Below are positions 9,796 to 18,826 of a stretch of DNA of 64,000 nt, one piece after another; position 1 is the stretch's first letter; every line of letters begins with the position of its first letter. The translations under genes and the position numbers were made by a program. Where the stretch lies: positions 1 through 64,000 of the forward strand of contig JBMORA010000029.1 of the NCBI GenBank assembly GCA_049320885.1, written 5' to 3'. This stretch comes from Thermodesulfobacteriota bacterium. GTDB taxonomy: Bacteria; Desulfobacterota; Desulfobacteria; Desulfobacterales; SURF-7. The notes beneath the pieces were generated by a model. It had not been told where the DNA came from. It searched no databases and was given only the letters and a program-made list of their open reading frames with translations.

Positions 9796-11625
9796 TCATT
9801 TGTTCAGGACAATTCTCATCCGGCACCGGTCGCAATCGAAATGCAGCCGGAAGGACCGCTGCGCGTCCTTCAGGGTCAACGGCTCCTGGAGCGTTCTACT
9901 TGCCCGATGACGGCGCAGGCAGGCGTCCAGTTGATGCCGGATGCAGTATCGCGCAGTCATGACGGTTTTCCCCGCCGGGTCCGCGAGGACTTCAAAGGCC
10001 GGTTCCTGGATCCGGACGCCGTGGCGGGCATAGAACCTGCGGGCATGTGCGTTCAGCACATTGGCGCGATAATCCAGGACGGTTTCCGGATAGGGAACCG
10101 TGTTGCGCGCAAGCGGTGAGATCCGGCGGGGATACTGCCGCAGTCTGACCTCGGTCAAGCCCGCGATGGCTTCGCGCCTGAGTTGATTGATCCGGCTCGC
10201 GGGCACAAAGCCGGGCTGCTCCGGATCGATGGTCAGCCGGGTGATGCGGTAGGGTGTGTCTCCGATCCGGGAAAGCCGTTCTTCCATTTGTTCCCGGACG
10301 GCAAGCGGCTCCCTGGCCGCTTCGAACGGGATTTCCAGGGAAGTTCGGTACCGGTTGCCGTCTTCGTCGATTACTTCCAGGACGATTCGGCTTTCATTCT
10401 GGAAGAAACCCATGAAGACACCGATCCGCCGGCAGGCGGACTTTTTTTTCAGCAGGCGGACAAACCCATGATCGTGGTTCCGGTACAACACGGTGCCGGG
10501 GGCGATCCCCTGCATGCTGCCGGGGAAAATCCGGCCCTCGAACACCCGGTCGACCCGGAAGCCGACCAGTTCTTTACCCGCCTGTAAAAAACACAGCCCG
10601 TCCCCGTTGCTGACTTCTCCGCCTGCGATTTCAAAAAATTCTTTCCCCACCGCCTTGACCACGCCGATGCGTTTGCCCATGGATTTGGGTGTATGGATGG
10701 AAGCCGGTTTTTGGTTTCCATCGTGGAGAAAATAGCTGGTGTAACCGCGGTTGAAGGTTTTTTCCGGATCCGGTGTAAATGTCAGGGCGACGGTTCCGGA
10801 ACTGCCGCGACGATATCCCGGCCGGTGGGCGATAAACTGGTCGATGACCTGGCGATAGCAGGCGGTGATGTTTTTGACGTAATCGATTTCCTTGTAACGG
10901 CCTTCGATTTTAAAGGAAGTCACCCCGGATTCCACCAGATCCGGAATCGCGCCGGCGAGGTTGAGGTCTTTCAGGGACAGGAGATATTGATCCCTCCGCA
11001 CGATTTTCCCATGCCCGTCCCACAGGGAATACCGCGAGCGGCACGGCTGGGCGCAAACGCCCCGGTTTCCGCTCCTCCCCCCCAGGGCTTGACTCAGGTA
11101 ACACTGCCCGCTATAGGAGACGCACAAGGAGCCGTGCACGAACACCTCCAGTTCCACCCGGGTCCGGCGACGAATCGCCCGGATTTCCTCGAGGGAGAGC
11201 TCCCGGGCCAGAATCACGCGCTGAAACCCCGTATCTTCCAGAAACTTCACTTTTTCCGGCGTGTCGTTGTGCATCTGGGTGCTGGCGATGAGGGGGATGG
11301 GGGGCAGGTCGAGTTCCAGGAGCCCCGGATCCTGAATGATCAACCCATCGGCCTGGATCGCATGCATCCGCTGGATCAGATCCAGAGCCGCGGCTAATTC
11401 GTTGTCCGTCAGGATGGTGTTCAAGGCCACATATACCTTGGCATAATACAGATGGGCGTACTGGATCAGTTTTTCGATTTCCTCAACGGCGTTGCCGGCT
11501 GCGGCCCGGGCGCTGAATCTGGGCGCGCCGATATAGACGGCGTCGGCACCGTGATCGATGGCCGCCATTCCGATTTCGGCGTTGCCCGCCGGGGCCAGCA
11601 ATTCAAGGCTTGTAGTGGGTTGCAT
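9796..11625 (-). CDS. rlhA: U32 family protein, RlhA/YdcP-like (23S rRNA ho5C2501 hydroxylation) with long C-terminal domain
   Basis: LELLAPAG, GADAVYIG, ASTQM, ILARELS, EVFVHGSLCVSYSGQC...RGVCAQPCR, KIEGR. The length (609 aa) and the C-terminal C..C...FDCDRC fit the RlhA subfamily. Confidence 0.75.
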   Translation of the reverse strand: MQPTTSLELLAPAGNAEIGMAAIDHGADAVYIGAPRFSARAAAGNAVEEIEKLIQYAHLYYAKVYVALNTILTDNELAAALDLIQRMHAIQADGLIIQDPGLLELDLPPIPLIASTQMHNDTPEKVKFLEDTGFQRVILARELSLEEIRAIRRRTRVELEVFVHGSLCVSYSGQCYLSQALGGRSGNRGVCAQPCRSRYSLWDGHGKIVRRDQYLLSLKDLNLAGAIPDLVESGVTSFKIEGRYKEIDYVKNITACYRQVIDQFIAHRPGYRRGSSGTVALTFTPDPEKTFNRGYTSYFLHDGNQKPASIHTPKSMGKRIGVVKAVGKEFFEIAGGEVSNGDGLCFLQAGKELVGFRVDRVFEGRIFPGSMQGIAPGTVLYRNHDHGFVRLLKKKSACRRIGVFMGFFQNESRIVLEVIDEDGNRYRTSLEIPFEAAREPLAVREQMEERLSRIGDTPYRITRLTIDPEQPGFVPASRINQLRREAIAGLTEVRLRQYPRRISPLARNTVPYPETVLDYRANVLNAHARRFYARHGVRIQEPAFEVLADPAGKTVMTARYCIRHQLDACLRRHRASRTLQEPLTLKDAQRSFRLHFDCDRCRMRIVLNK

Positions 11626-11637
11626 GGCATGGTTTCG

Positions 11638-12069
11638 CTATGGGTTTTTTTGAGATAATTGACCGATAAAATTTCGGATAACGGTGAATGCCGCTTCCAG
11701 GTCGGCATAGGGGATCGCCGTAAGATGAGGACTGCCGGCGATCATGGCGGAAAGCGGCCGGTTTTCATGGGGCCGGAAAAGACAAAGAATCGGTTTCCCC
11801 AGGCTGCACGCCCATCCCACCTCATAACCGACACCCAGGGATGGCGTCGATACCTCCGCCACGACCAGGTCGCTCTCGGCCAGCCAGGACATGTCCCGCT
11901 GGTGGATGGCAAGGTCGGTGGGGCCGTCGTCGCCTTTTTCCGTCAAGGCCGGGTCGCCCACGTGTTCGGTCAACACCTCGCCGTATGACCGCAACCATCC
12001 GATCAAGTTTTGATAGATGCCGGCGTCGTCCCGGCCGCCGCGGATGGAACCGGCGAAATAAATTTTCAT
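11638..12069 (-). CDS. Nucleoside 2-deoxyribosyltransferase-like / DNPH1(RCL)-type deoxynucleoside 5'-monophosphate N-glycosidase
   Basis: MKIYFAGSIRGGRDD, VLTEHV, RDMSWL, VVAEVSTPSLGVGYEVG and LSAMIAG closely match the DNPH1 family. Start placed at 12069. Confidence 0.85.
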   Translation of the reverse strand: MKIYFAGSIRGGRDDAGIYQNLIGWLRSYGEVLTEHVGDPALTEKGDDGPTDLAIHQRDMSWLAESDLVVAEVSTPSLGVGYEVGWACSLGKPILCLFRPHENRPLSAMIAGSPHLTAIPYADLEAAFTVIRNFIGQLSQKNP

Positions 12070-12211
12070 TCCTGTTCTCCGTCGTCGCTTTCCGTCATGG
12101 GTCACGCCCTGATCCGGCGCTTGTGAACATGGGTGATTCTATTAGCACAGATTCGACCGGTATCCCAACGGATTTCATGCAAATGAAATGCGGCCTCCCA
12201 TGGGATTGTCC

Positions 12212-12240
12212 TTGACACCCATCGTCTCCGCTGCCAAAAT
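12212..12240 (+). promoter_or_regulatory. Putative sigma70 promoter of the pilin/HD-GYP operon
   Basis: TTGACA (12212-12217), 17-bp spacer, CAAAAT preceded by an extended -10 TG. Confidence 0.55.
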
Positions 12241-12260
12241 GACGATATCATACAAAAACG

Positions 12261-12842
12261 ATGGATCAAACATCGGAAAGCGAATTTCGGAATCCCGCAT
12301 TGAAAACGAGTATCCGGATCATACCAGGTTCTGTCCAGGCGCCGGTTTTTTTCCATTTCCAGCAACCGGGATTCACCCTGGTGGAAATCCTTATTTCCAT
12401 CGCCATATTAGCCACCTTGACCGCCATTGCCGTGCCCAATTATTTCCGCTACCGGGAAAAGGCGCAGATCGCGGTAGCCGTGGCGGAAGTCCGCATGATC
12501 GAACAGCAGCTGACAAAATATGAATTGGACCATGGCGATCTTCCGGAAAGTCTGGCGGCTGCCGGTCTGGGGCATATGCTTGATCCCTGGAAAAACCCCT
12601 ACCAATACCTTAAAATCAAATTCGTGGAAATCGGCGGTTCCGGTAAACCAGGCGGCGGTAAAAGCAAAATTGAAGGCAAGGTCCGCAAGGATCGCTTCCT
12701 GCATCCGTTGAATACGGATTACGACCTCTACAGCATGGGAAGCGATGGCAAAAGCGTCGCACCGCTGACGGCGGAACCGAGCCGTGACGATATCCTGAGG
12801 GCCGCCAATGGGGCCTTTGTCGGACTGGCGGCCGATTTTTAA
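12261..12842 (+). CDS. Prepilin-type N-terminal cleavage/methylation protein (GspG-like pseudopilin)
   Basis: G|FTLVEILISIAILATLTAIAVPNY class III signal, DPWKNPYQY, YDLYSMGSDG...DDI. The exact start is uncertain (ATG 12261 or TTG 12300). Confidence 0.85.
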   Translation: MDQTSESEFRNPALKTSIRIIPGSVQAPVFFHFQQPGFTLVEILISIAILATLTAIAVPNYFRYREKAQIAVAVAEVRMIEQQLTKYELDHGDLPESLAAAGLGHMLDPWKNPYQYLKIKFVEIGGSGKPGGGKSKIEGKVRKDRFLHPLNTDYDLYSMGSDGKSVAPLTAEPSRDDILRAANGAFVGLAADF

Positions 12843-12844
12843 CC

Positions 12845-14965
12845 ATGAAGATCACGGAACGATTTTTTCTCAGCAAGGTTGCCAGACGCTTTTTCATCCT
12901 CTTCGTGTTCTGCACCCTCATTCCCATCGCCGTCCTTTCGGCGGTCACTTTTTTCCAGGTCAAGGAAGAACTATATCGTCAGGGCCGCATTGCCCTCCAA
13001 TATTTGACCAAGTATACCGGCATGGCCGTTTTCGAGCGCCTCCTGCTGCTGGAAACCGAGATGCAGATCGCCGCCGCTCAATATATCGGTCGGGATGAAA
13101 CGCCTTCCCGGGCCACATTCCGCAAGGAAGTGACCTCCAAAGCCCTCCTGACGCTCTTCTCCGCCATGTCGGTTGTTCAGGACGGCCGCATTGTCCAGGA
13201 ATGGATCGGACCATCCGTATCCGTCTCCATCCTGGACGAAGCGGTGTTTCAGCAAGCGCTTTCCCAGAGAAGAACCGTTATTTACACGGATGGCGGGTCC
13301 GCGGGTCCGCCCGGCGTATACATGGTTCGCTTGATCAGCGAAACGCATCCCGAATGGGGCTTTCTGGTCGGGCGGATCAATACCCAATATCTTTGGGGGC
13401 ACGGCGAAAATGCCAGTGTCATGCCCTACATGACCGAACTCAGCATCCTGAATACGTCCCAGGAAATCCTGTATTCCTCATTCCCCGGCGGCGCCCGCAG
13501 GCCCGAACCGGAACGGAAACATGGTTTCAACGGCGCATCCGCCTCCTTCGACTATCAATGGAACGGAAACGAGTATCTGGCCTGTTATTGGACCTTATTC
13601 CTGCAATCCCATTTCTCGGGAGACAACTGGACCGTGGTTCTCAGCCAGGACAAAAAGGAAGTGCTGGCGCCCATGCGTTTTTTCAAACAGATGTTTCCAC
13701 TGGTCCTGCTCCTGTCGTTCTGGGTTGTCCTGCTGATCAGCGTTTTTTCCATTCGGAAAAACCTCGTCCCCCTTGAAAAACTGAAGGCCGGAACCCTGCG
13801 GATCGCCGAAAGGGATTTTAAAACCCGTGTGGATGTGGAGAGTGGCGATGAGTTTGAGGAACTGGCCGAATCCTTCAATCTCATGACCGGCAAGCTGGAC
13901 AGGCAATTCCGCGCCTTGACCGCCATCGGGGAAATCGACCGGATGATCTTATCGTCCCTGGAAACGGACCGGATCATTGAAATCGTCCTGACCCGGATGC
14001 AGGAAATCATTCCCTGCCAATCGGTCATGGTATGCCTGCTGGAGGGCTTCCCCGTCAAAATGATTCGTTACCGGATGGATGGCCGCCTCAACAAGGAGGG
14101 ATTTCCGGTTTCACCCGCGGACTTGCGGATCGTCGGTTCACGATCCGACCATCTGATACTGGACAAACACGGGGAAATTCCGCCATTTTTATTTCCCGCC
14201 CTGGATCATGGAGCGGATTCCGTTCTGATTTTTCCGGTTTTTTTACAGGGAAACCTCACCGGCCTGATCGTCATCGGTGTTCAGTCCGGCAAGGAATTTT
14301 CAGCGTCCGATATCGACGAGGCAAGGCAGATGGCGGACCACGTGGCCATCGCGCTTTCCAAGGCGGAACTGATCAACGAACTGGATCGGCACAACTGGGG
14401 GACCATGATGGCCCTGGCCAGGACGGTGGACGCCAAATCACCCTGGACAGCCGGTCACTCGGAACGGGTTACGGATTTGGCACTGAAAATCGCCCGCAAG
14501 TTGGGAGTGCCGGCCACGGAAATCGATATCCTTCATCGCGCCTGTCTGTTGCATGATATCGGAAAAGTCGGGATACCCCTCGCCATTCTGGATAAGGAAG
14601 AGTTGCTCAGCGAAGAGGAATTCGAAAAAATCAAGGAGCACCCCCGTTCCGGCGCCAGAATCCTGGAACCCATCGGTTCCTATGAAAAGGTGATCCCCAT
14701 CGTGATCCAGCATCATGAGCGCTATGACGGCTCCGGTTATCCCTTCGGCTATGCGGGTCCGGCTATCAATCACGGCGCCCGGATACTGGCGGTCGCCGAT
14801 GTCTACGATTCGCTGTTCAATAACCGGCCATACCGGAAAGGCTGGCCTCAAACGGAAGTTATTCAGTATATCCGCCAGCAGGCCGGTATTCATTTTGATC
14901 CGGATGTGGTGCGGGCTTTTCTGGAAGTGATTGACGGAGATCGAGGGGGGGAGGGTCCATGTTGA
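12845..14965 (+). CDS. Membrane sensor HD-GYP cyclic-dinucleotide phosphodiesterase (periplasmic Cache-like domain, HAMP, GAF, HD-GYP)
   Basis: Two TM helices, HAMP (SGDEFEELAESFNLM), GAF-like region, and intact HSERV, LLHDIGK, HHERYDGSGYP, ADVYD, RPYR motifs. Confidence 0.9.
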   Translation: MKITERFFLSKVARRFFILFVFCTLIPIAVLSAVTFFQVKEELYRQGRIALQYLTKYTGMAVFERLLLLETEMQIAAAQYIGRDETPSRATFRKEVTSKALLTLFSAMSVVQDGRIVQEWIGPSVSVSILDEAVFQQALSQRRTVIYTDGGSAGPPGVYMVRLISETHPEWGFLVGRINTQYLWGHGENASVMPYMTELSILNTSQEILYSSFPGGARRPEPERKHGFNGASASFDYQWNGNEYLACYWTLFLQSHFSGDNWTVVLSQDKKEVLAPMRFFKQMFPLVLLLSFWVVLLISVFSIRKNLVPLEKLKAGTLRIAERDFKTRVDVESGDEFEELAESFNLMTGKLDRQFRALTAIGEIDRMILSSLETDRIIEIVLTRMQEIIPCQSVMVCLLEGFPVKMIRYRMDGRLNKEGFPVSPADLRIVGSRSDHLILDKHGEIPPFLFPALDHGADSVLIFPVFLQGNLTGLIVIGVQSGKEFSASDIDEARQMADHVAIALSKAELINELDRHNWGTMMALARTVDAKSPWTAGHSERVTDLALKIARKLGVPATEIDILHRACLLHDIGKVGIPLAILDKEELLSEEEFEKIKEHPRSGARILEPIGSYEKVIPIVIQHHERYDGSGYPFGYAGPAINHGARILAVADVYDSLFNNRPYRKGWPQTEVIQYIRQQAGIHFDPDVVRAFLEVIDGDRGGEGPC

Positions 14966-15348
14966 CAAGAAAACAGAAAATCGCTCTGCTGATCGCAGCA
15001 AGCGCCGCTTTTCTTTTCCATCGTCTCCTTACGCCCACGAGACCGGACCATATTCCTTTCTATGGGGTATGGAAAACATCCGATCCGACCTACCAGGGTT
15101 GTTATATGGAAATCACCCCGAAAAGCATTCTGTTCGGCAAGTCCGACAGTACCATCGATCTGTATCGAATTACACGGATGGAAGAGCGGAAGAAGGCGGG
15201 GAAGGGGTATTATACCGTTTACTATAAGGATCAGGACGGTGAAATGAAAATTTCCTTTGAATACCGCGAGATTAATGGCGGCGAGATCCGGATCAGCCAT
15301 CAGGAAAACATCTTGTGGACACTTTCCGCTCCCGCCGGTGATTCATGA
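14959..15348 (+). CDS. Small exported/membrane-anchored hypothetical protein
   Basis: Overlaps the HD-GYP stop, has a GGAGG RBS, an N-terminal signal/anchor and a GVW motif followed by beta-strand patterns. Confidence 0.65.
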   Translation: MLTRKQKIALLIAASAAFLFHRLLTPTRPDHIPFYGVWKTSDPTYQGCYMEITPKSILFGKSDSTIDLYRITRMEERKKAGKGYYTVYYKDQDGEMKISFEYREINGGEIRISHQENILWTLSAPAGDS

Positions 15349-15374
15349 TGATTCGGCCCACCGGATCATCGTCA

Positions 15375-16004
15375 TCATCCGTCTTGCTTGCCGTCTCCAC
15401 CGGCCAGCGAAAAGCAGGACAGGTGCCGGCCGCATTCCTCCGCATGGCGACGGATCAGGGTCAGGGAATCACGGAGCGTCTTGTCATTGGAAATCTCTCC
15501 GGGGGAAATCTCTCCGGGGGCGATGGAATTCAGGACCTTCAGGACTTCCTGATTGGCATGGCGGCTTTCGGAAATAACCCGGGTCAGCTTGTCGATCATC
15601 TCATTGATATGCAGGGCCTCCTGTTTTAAAAAATCCCGTTTTCGCAGGAAAATCTTGCGGGTGAAATCACCTTGGGAAGCCAGGCGCAATGTATTGGAAA
15701 AATTGGCCAGAGGACCGCAAAACTGATGGGTGATGAAGATCTGATGGCAGAAAGCCACCACAATGATGACGAACAAGCCAACTAACAAACGGTCCAGCAG
15801 CAGCACAAACAATCTGCCGGAGATCACCTGGTTGCAGATTTGATTGGTATCCACGGTGTCAAAATACAACGGTGCCAGCACCGACGCGATCATCACCAGG
15901 ATAATGGAAATCATATAGGCCAGATTGGTGAAGGCGATCTTCAGCTGGATATCCTTGCGGATAACGTAATTCTTCATCTTTCGCTGATTGGCGGGAAGCT
16001 GCAT
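15375..16004 (-). CDS. Small two-TM HAMP-containing protein (truncated MCP-like)
   Basis: RKMKNYVIRKDIQLK, two TM helices, THQFCGPL...GDFTRKIFLRKRDFL HAMP-like segment, then a coiled coil. Confidence 0.7.
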   Translation of the reverse strand: MQLPANQRKMKNYVIRKDIQLKIAFTNLAYMISIILVMIASVLAPLYFDTVDTNQICNQVISGRLFVLLLDRLLVGLFVIIVVAFCHQIFITHQFCGPLANFSNTLRLASQGDFTRKIFLRKRDFLKQEALHINEMIDKLTRVISESRHANQEVLKVLNSIAPGEISPGEISNDKTLRDSLTLIRRHAEECGRHLSCFSLAGGDGKQDG

Positions 16005-16259
16005 GGTGTCACCTGTTTTCCGTATCGGGGTTTGCGGTTTTGGGGCTGGATTCCGGCAGCAGTATAGGCAAGCTCTGAACCGGTGTCAATCGGTATATGG
16101 CGGCGGTATATGGCGGCGACAGCCGAAAACAAAACCACATGTACATCCTCTCTTCCTTCATTGCCTCCTGTCCGGGAACATGCTATTTTGGAGCCCGGAA
16201 TTTCCCGATGCGGAAACGAGGTGCGTCCAATTCGGTTGCCTGGAGGATGACGGTTCACA

Positions 16260-16994
16260 ATGACTTCCGGTTCCATGGGACATCGTCAGGTGGCTCTTAC
16301 AGGCCAGCACGCCAACAAGTGTCTGTCCTGCGGCACCACTGAAAACATGCGGCGGCGGCGGTACTGTTCCATCCAATGCCGGCAGCGCTTGAGGTATGTG
16401 CTGACGCTGCGGACGGGTTTGCTGAAAGTACTGAATATCCGCAACGCCACCTTTTATTTTACGGATACCTTGATCGTCCTGGATCTGCTGCCGTACGGCG
16501 AAAAAGATCTGTTCAGCTTCCTCTATCCGCGTTCGGCCCGGAAGAAACCGGCCGACGATTTCAGCCGCCTGGCGGATATCCTCGGCAACATGTGGTGGGC
16601 GGAAAAAAAGCGCACCAACCGCAATTATCTGGCTTCCCGCTTCCTTTTCGAGCAGGCCAGACGCAACGGGAATCAGTCCCGGAAGGTGCGTCCCCGGGAA
16701 ATTTTGATTCCCACCGTGAAAGGGGAGGCCCTGATCCATCTCCGGCTCGGCAAGAACGAACTGGAAACCGGCGAGTACCGGCAGACCATCAAGAACGCCT
16801 ATCGCCGCATGGCCAAACAGGCGCACCCGGATCTAGGGGGCGACAGCGATGCCTTCCGCCGGATCCATCAGGCCTATGAAGAGTTGATTGCCTGGGCCGA
16901 AGACCCGACATTTCTCCGCCGATGCGGATTCCCGGACAAATGGTTTTTCCGTGGCGACCAGAACCGCTGGGTTCAGCCCATCCCTTATCTATGA
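16260..16994 (+). CDS. J-domain-containing protein with N-terminal Cys4 motif
   Basis: CLSC...YCSIQC at the N-terminus; IKNAYRRMAKQAHPDLGG...FRRIHQAYEEL J domain. Confidence 0.82.
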   Translation: MTSGSMGHRQVALTGQHANKCLSCGTTENMRRRRYCSIQCRQRLRYVLTLRTGLLKVLNIRNATFYFTDTLIVLDLLPYGEKDLFSFLYPRSARKKPADDFSRLADILGNMWWAEKKRTNRNYLASRFLFEQARRNGNQSRKVRPREILIPTVKGEALIHLRLGKNELETGEYRQTIKNAYRRMAKQAHPDLGGDSDAFRRIHQAYEELIAWAEDPTFLRRCGFPDKWFFRGDQNRWVQPIPYL

Positions 16995-17019
16995 AAGGTT
17001 GCTGAAAGGTTTGTCCCCC

Positions 17020-17709
17020 ATGATTCATTTCCAGAAACCGACGAGTCTGGCCGAGCAGATCGCCGATTATATCGGGAACAAAATCATCCGTTGGGAGATT
17101 CCGCCCGGTGAGCGCATCCGGGAGGCGCTCATTGCGGAGGAGTTGGGGGTCAGCAGAAGCCCGGTGCGAGAAGCCCTGCGCATTCTAGAAAAAAACCGGT
17201 TGATCGAACTCCATCCCAGGAGAGGCGCCAGGGTGCCGTTGCTCACGCCGGAGTATATCGAATGTTTGTACGATGTGCTGACGGAACTGCTGGCCCTGGT
17301 GGGCGTCAAGTGCACGGAAAACAGCACGCCGGAAAACCTCGTCCCCATCCAGGAAGCCATGGAAAAAACCCGGGTTCGTGCCCAAGCCGGCGACCGGACC
17401 GGCTATAACGAGGCGGTGATCCAATACGGCCTGGCCTGCCTGGCCGCGGCCGGCAACCCGCTCCTGGAACGGATGATCATGGATCTGCTGCCCAGTATCC
17501 GCCGCGTCTTTTACGCCACATTCGTCCATCGGACCGAGGACCTTCTGAAGAACGCCGAAGTCGTTCAACTGGGGACCCGCTATATTGAGGAAGGCAATGC
17601 CGAAATGGCTGCCCGGACCGTCCGGGAATGGCTTCAGAACGAAAAGACCATTGCCATGACGCTGCCGCTGGCGCCCAGGGGCCATAGCGCCGAAACGATC
17701 AACGGATGA
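17020..17709 (+). CDS. GntR family (FCD) transcriptional regulator
   Basis: PGERIRE..IAEELGVSRSPVREAL...PRRGARV. Start placed at ATG 17020. Confidence 0.9.
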   Translation: MIHFQKPTSLAEQIADYIGNKIIRWEIPPGERIREALIAEELGVSRSPVREALRILEKNRLIELHPRRGARVPLLTPEYIECLYDVLTELLALVGVKCTENSTPENLVPIQEAMEKTRVRAQAGDRTGYNEAVIQYGLACLAAAGNPLLERMIMDLLPSIRRVFYATFVHRTEDLLKNAEVVQLGTRYIEEGNAEMAARTVREWLQNEKTIAMTLPLAPRGHSAETING

Positions 17710-18526
17710 CGGAAAAACCGATGCGCAATGCATGGGTGCGCTCCGTAAAATGGAGCAGGCTTTCCGCCAGGCAGTTGACGTATTGCAGGTGCAGATAGAG
17801 ATCGAGATTCTTGAAAAAAAACCGATTCAGGGGATAGGTGGCGTCCACTTGGCCGGAACCGCCTTCCCGGGCCCAGCGCAGATGGGTTTCCACCACGAGG
17901 CTGTCCGCTTTGCCGCATTTGATCTCCAGATCGAAATACCCCCGGTAGTCCGGCAGTTCCTTGTTTTCATTGCTGATATACCACCAGAGTTTGGGGGCTG
18001 CCTGGATTCCCAGTTTGCTTTTTTCGTTGAGCCAGATGAAGTGGGGTTTGATGTAAAGCTGATCCGTGGCCCGGGAATATTCTCCGCCGCGCCCATTGGA
18101 TTCATGCTGATATCCCGCCTGCAGGAAGACGCGGTTGATTTCCGAAGATGTAAAACGCCGGCCGGACGACAGAAAAAAAAATTCGGGTTTGTAACTGGTA
18201 TCCTCGAAAGGTTTGGAATCCGACTTGAGATCCCAGAAAGACGTCTGGGTATAGGCGAAATGAATTCCCTTGACCCAAGGTTGCGATCCTGCCAGGGAAC
18301 CGTCGGGATTGAAAAAGCGATATTTGAAACTGAACTGGAATTTGCTTTTTTCCGGCTGCGTTCCCAACAGGAAATACATGGGCTGATAGGCCGAAATGTT
18401 GCCGAGATAGGGTTGATAAAGGGTGAACAGTTCGTCCAGCTCCCGGTATTTTTTCGGTTCTTCCGCTGCCGCGGTGAATGCCGGCATCGAAACGAACAGC
18501 AGCGCCAGCGTTATCCAGCTTCTCAT
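17699..18526 (-). CDS. pldA: Outer membrane phospholipase A
   Basis: Signal peptide, KFQFSFKY, FAYTQTSFW, SKPFEDTSYKPE, catalytic HESNG, ESLLHF. Confidence 0.88.
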   Translation of the reverse strand: MRSWITLALLFVSMPAFTAAAEEPKKYRELDELFTLYQPYLGNISAYQPMYFLLGTQPEKSKFQFSFKYRFFNPDGSLAGSQPWVKGIHFAYTQTSFWDLKSDSKPFEDTSYKPEFFFLSSGRRFTSSEINRVFLQAGYQHESNGRGGEYSRATDQLYIKPHFIWLNEKSKLGIQAAPKLWWYISNENKELPDYRGYFDLEIKCGKADSLVVETHLRWAREGGSGQVDATYPLNRFFFKNLDLYLHLQYVNCLAESLLHFTERTHALRIGFSVIR

Positions 18527-18826
18527 ATCCGATCTCCGTCTTTTTCCAAAACCCGGCGAATGATACCGGCGATTTCATGATGGCTGCCGAGGACATACAA
18601 GGAGGCGCTGTAACCGCCTCCGGGGTTGATATACGACCAGCCAGTTTTGTGAAACGAGGGTTGCATCACCTTTTTTTCCTGGGAACAGGCTTCGGTTGAT
18701 GATATGGATGCTACGAGAATGTGACTCGTCGATTTGTATTGACATGAATTCCGGCATTATTGTTATCGTTCCATGGAATGATTGTCAACTGTGTAAAATA
18801 CTGGCTCCGCCATCGGGAGAAAGCCC

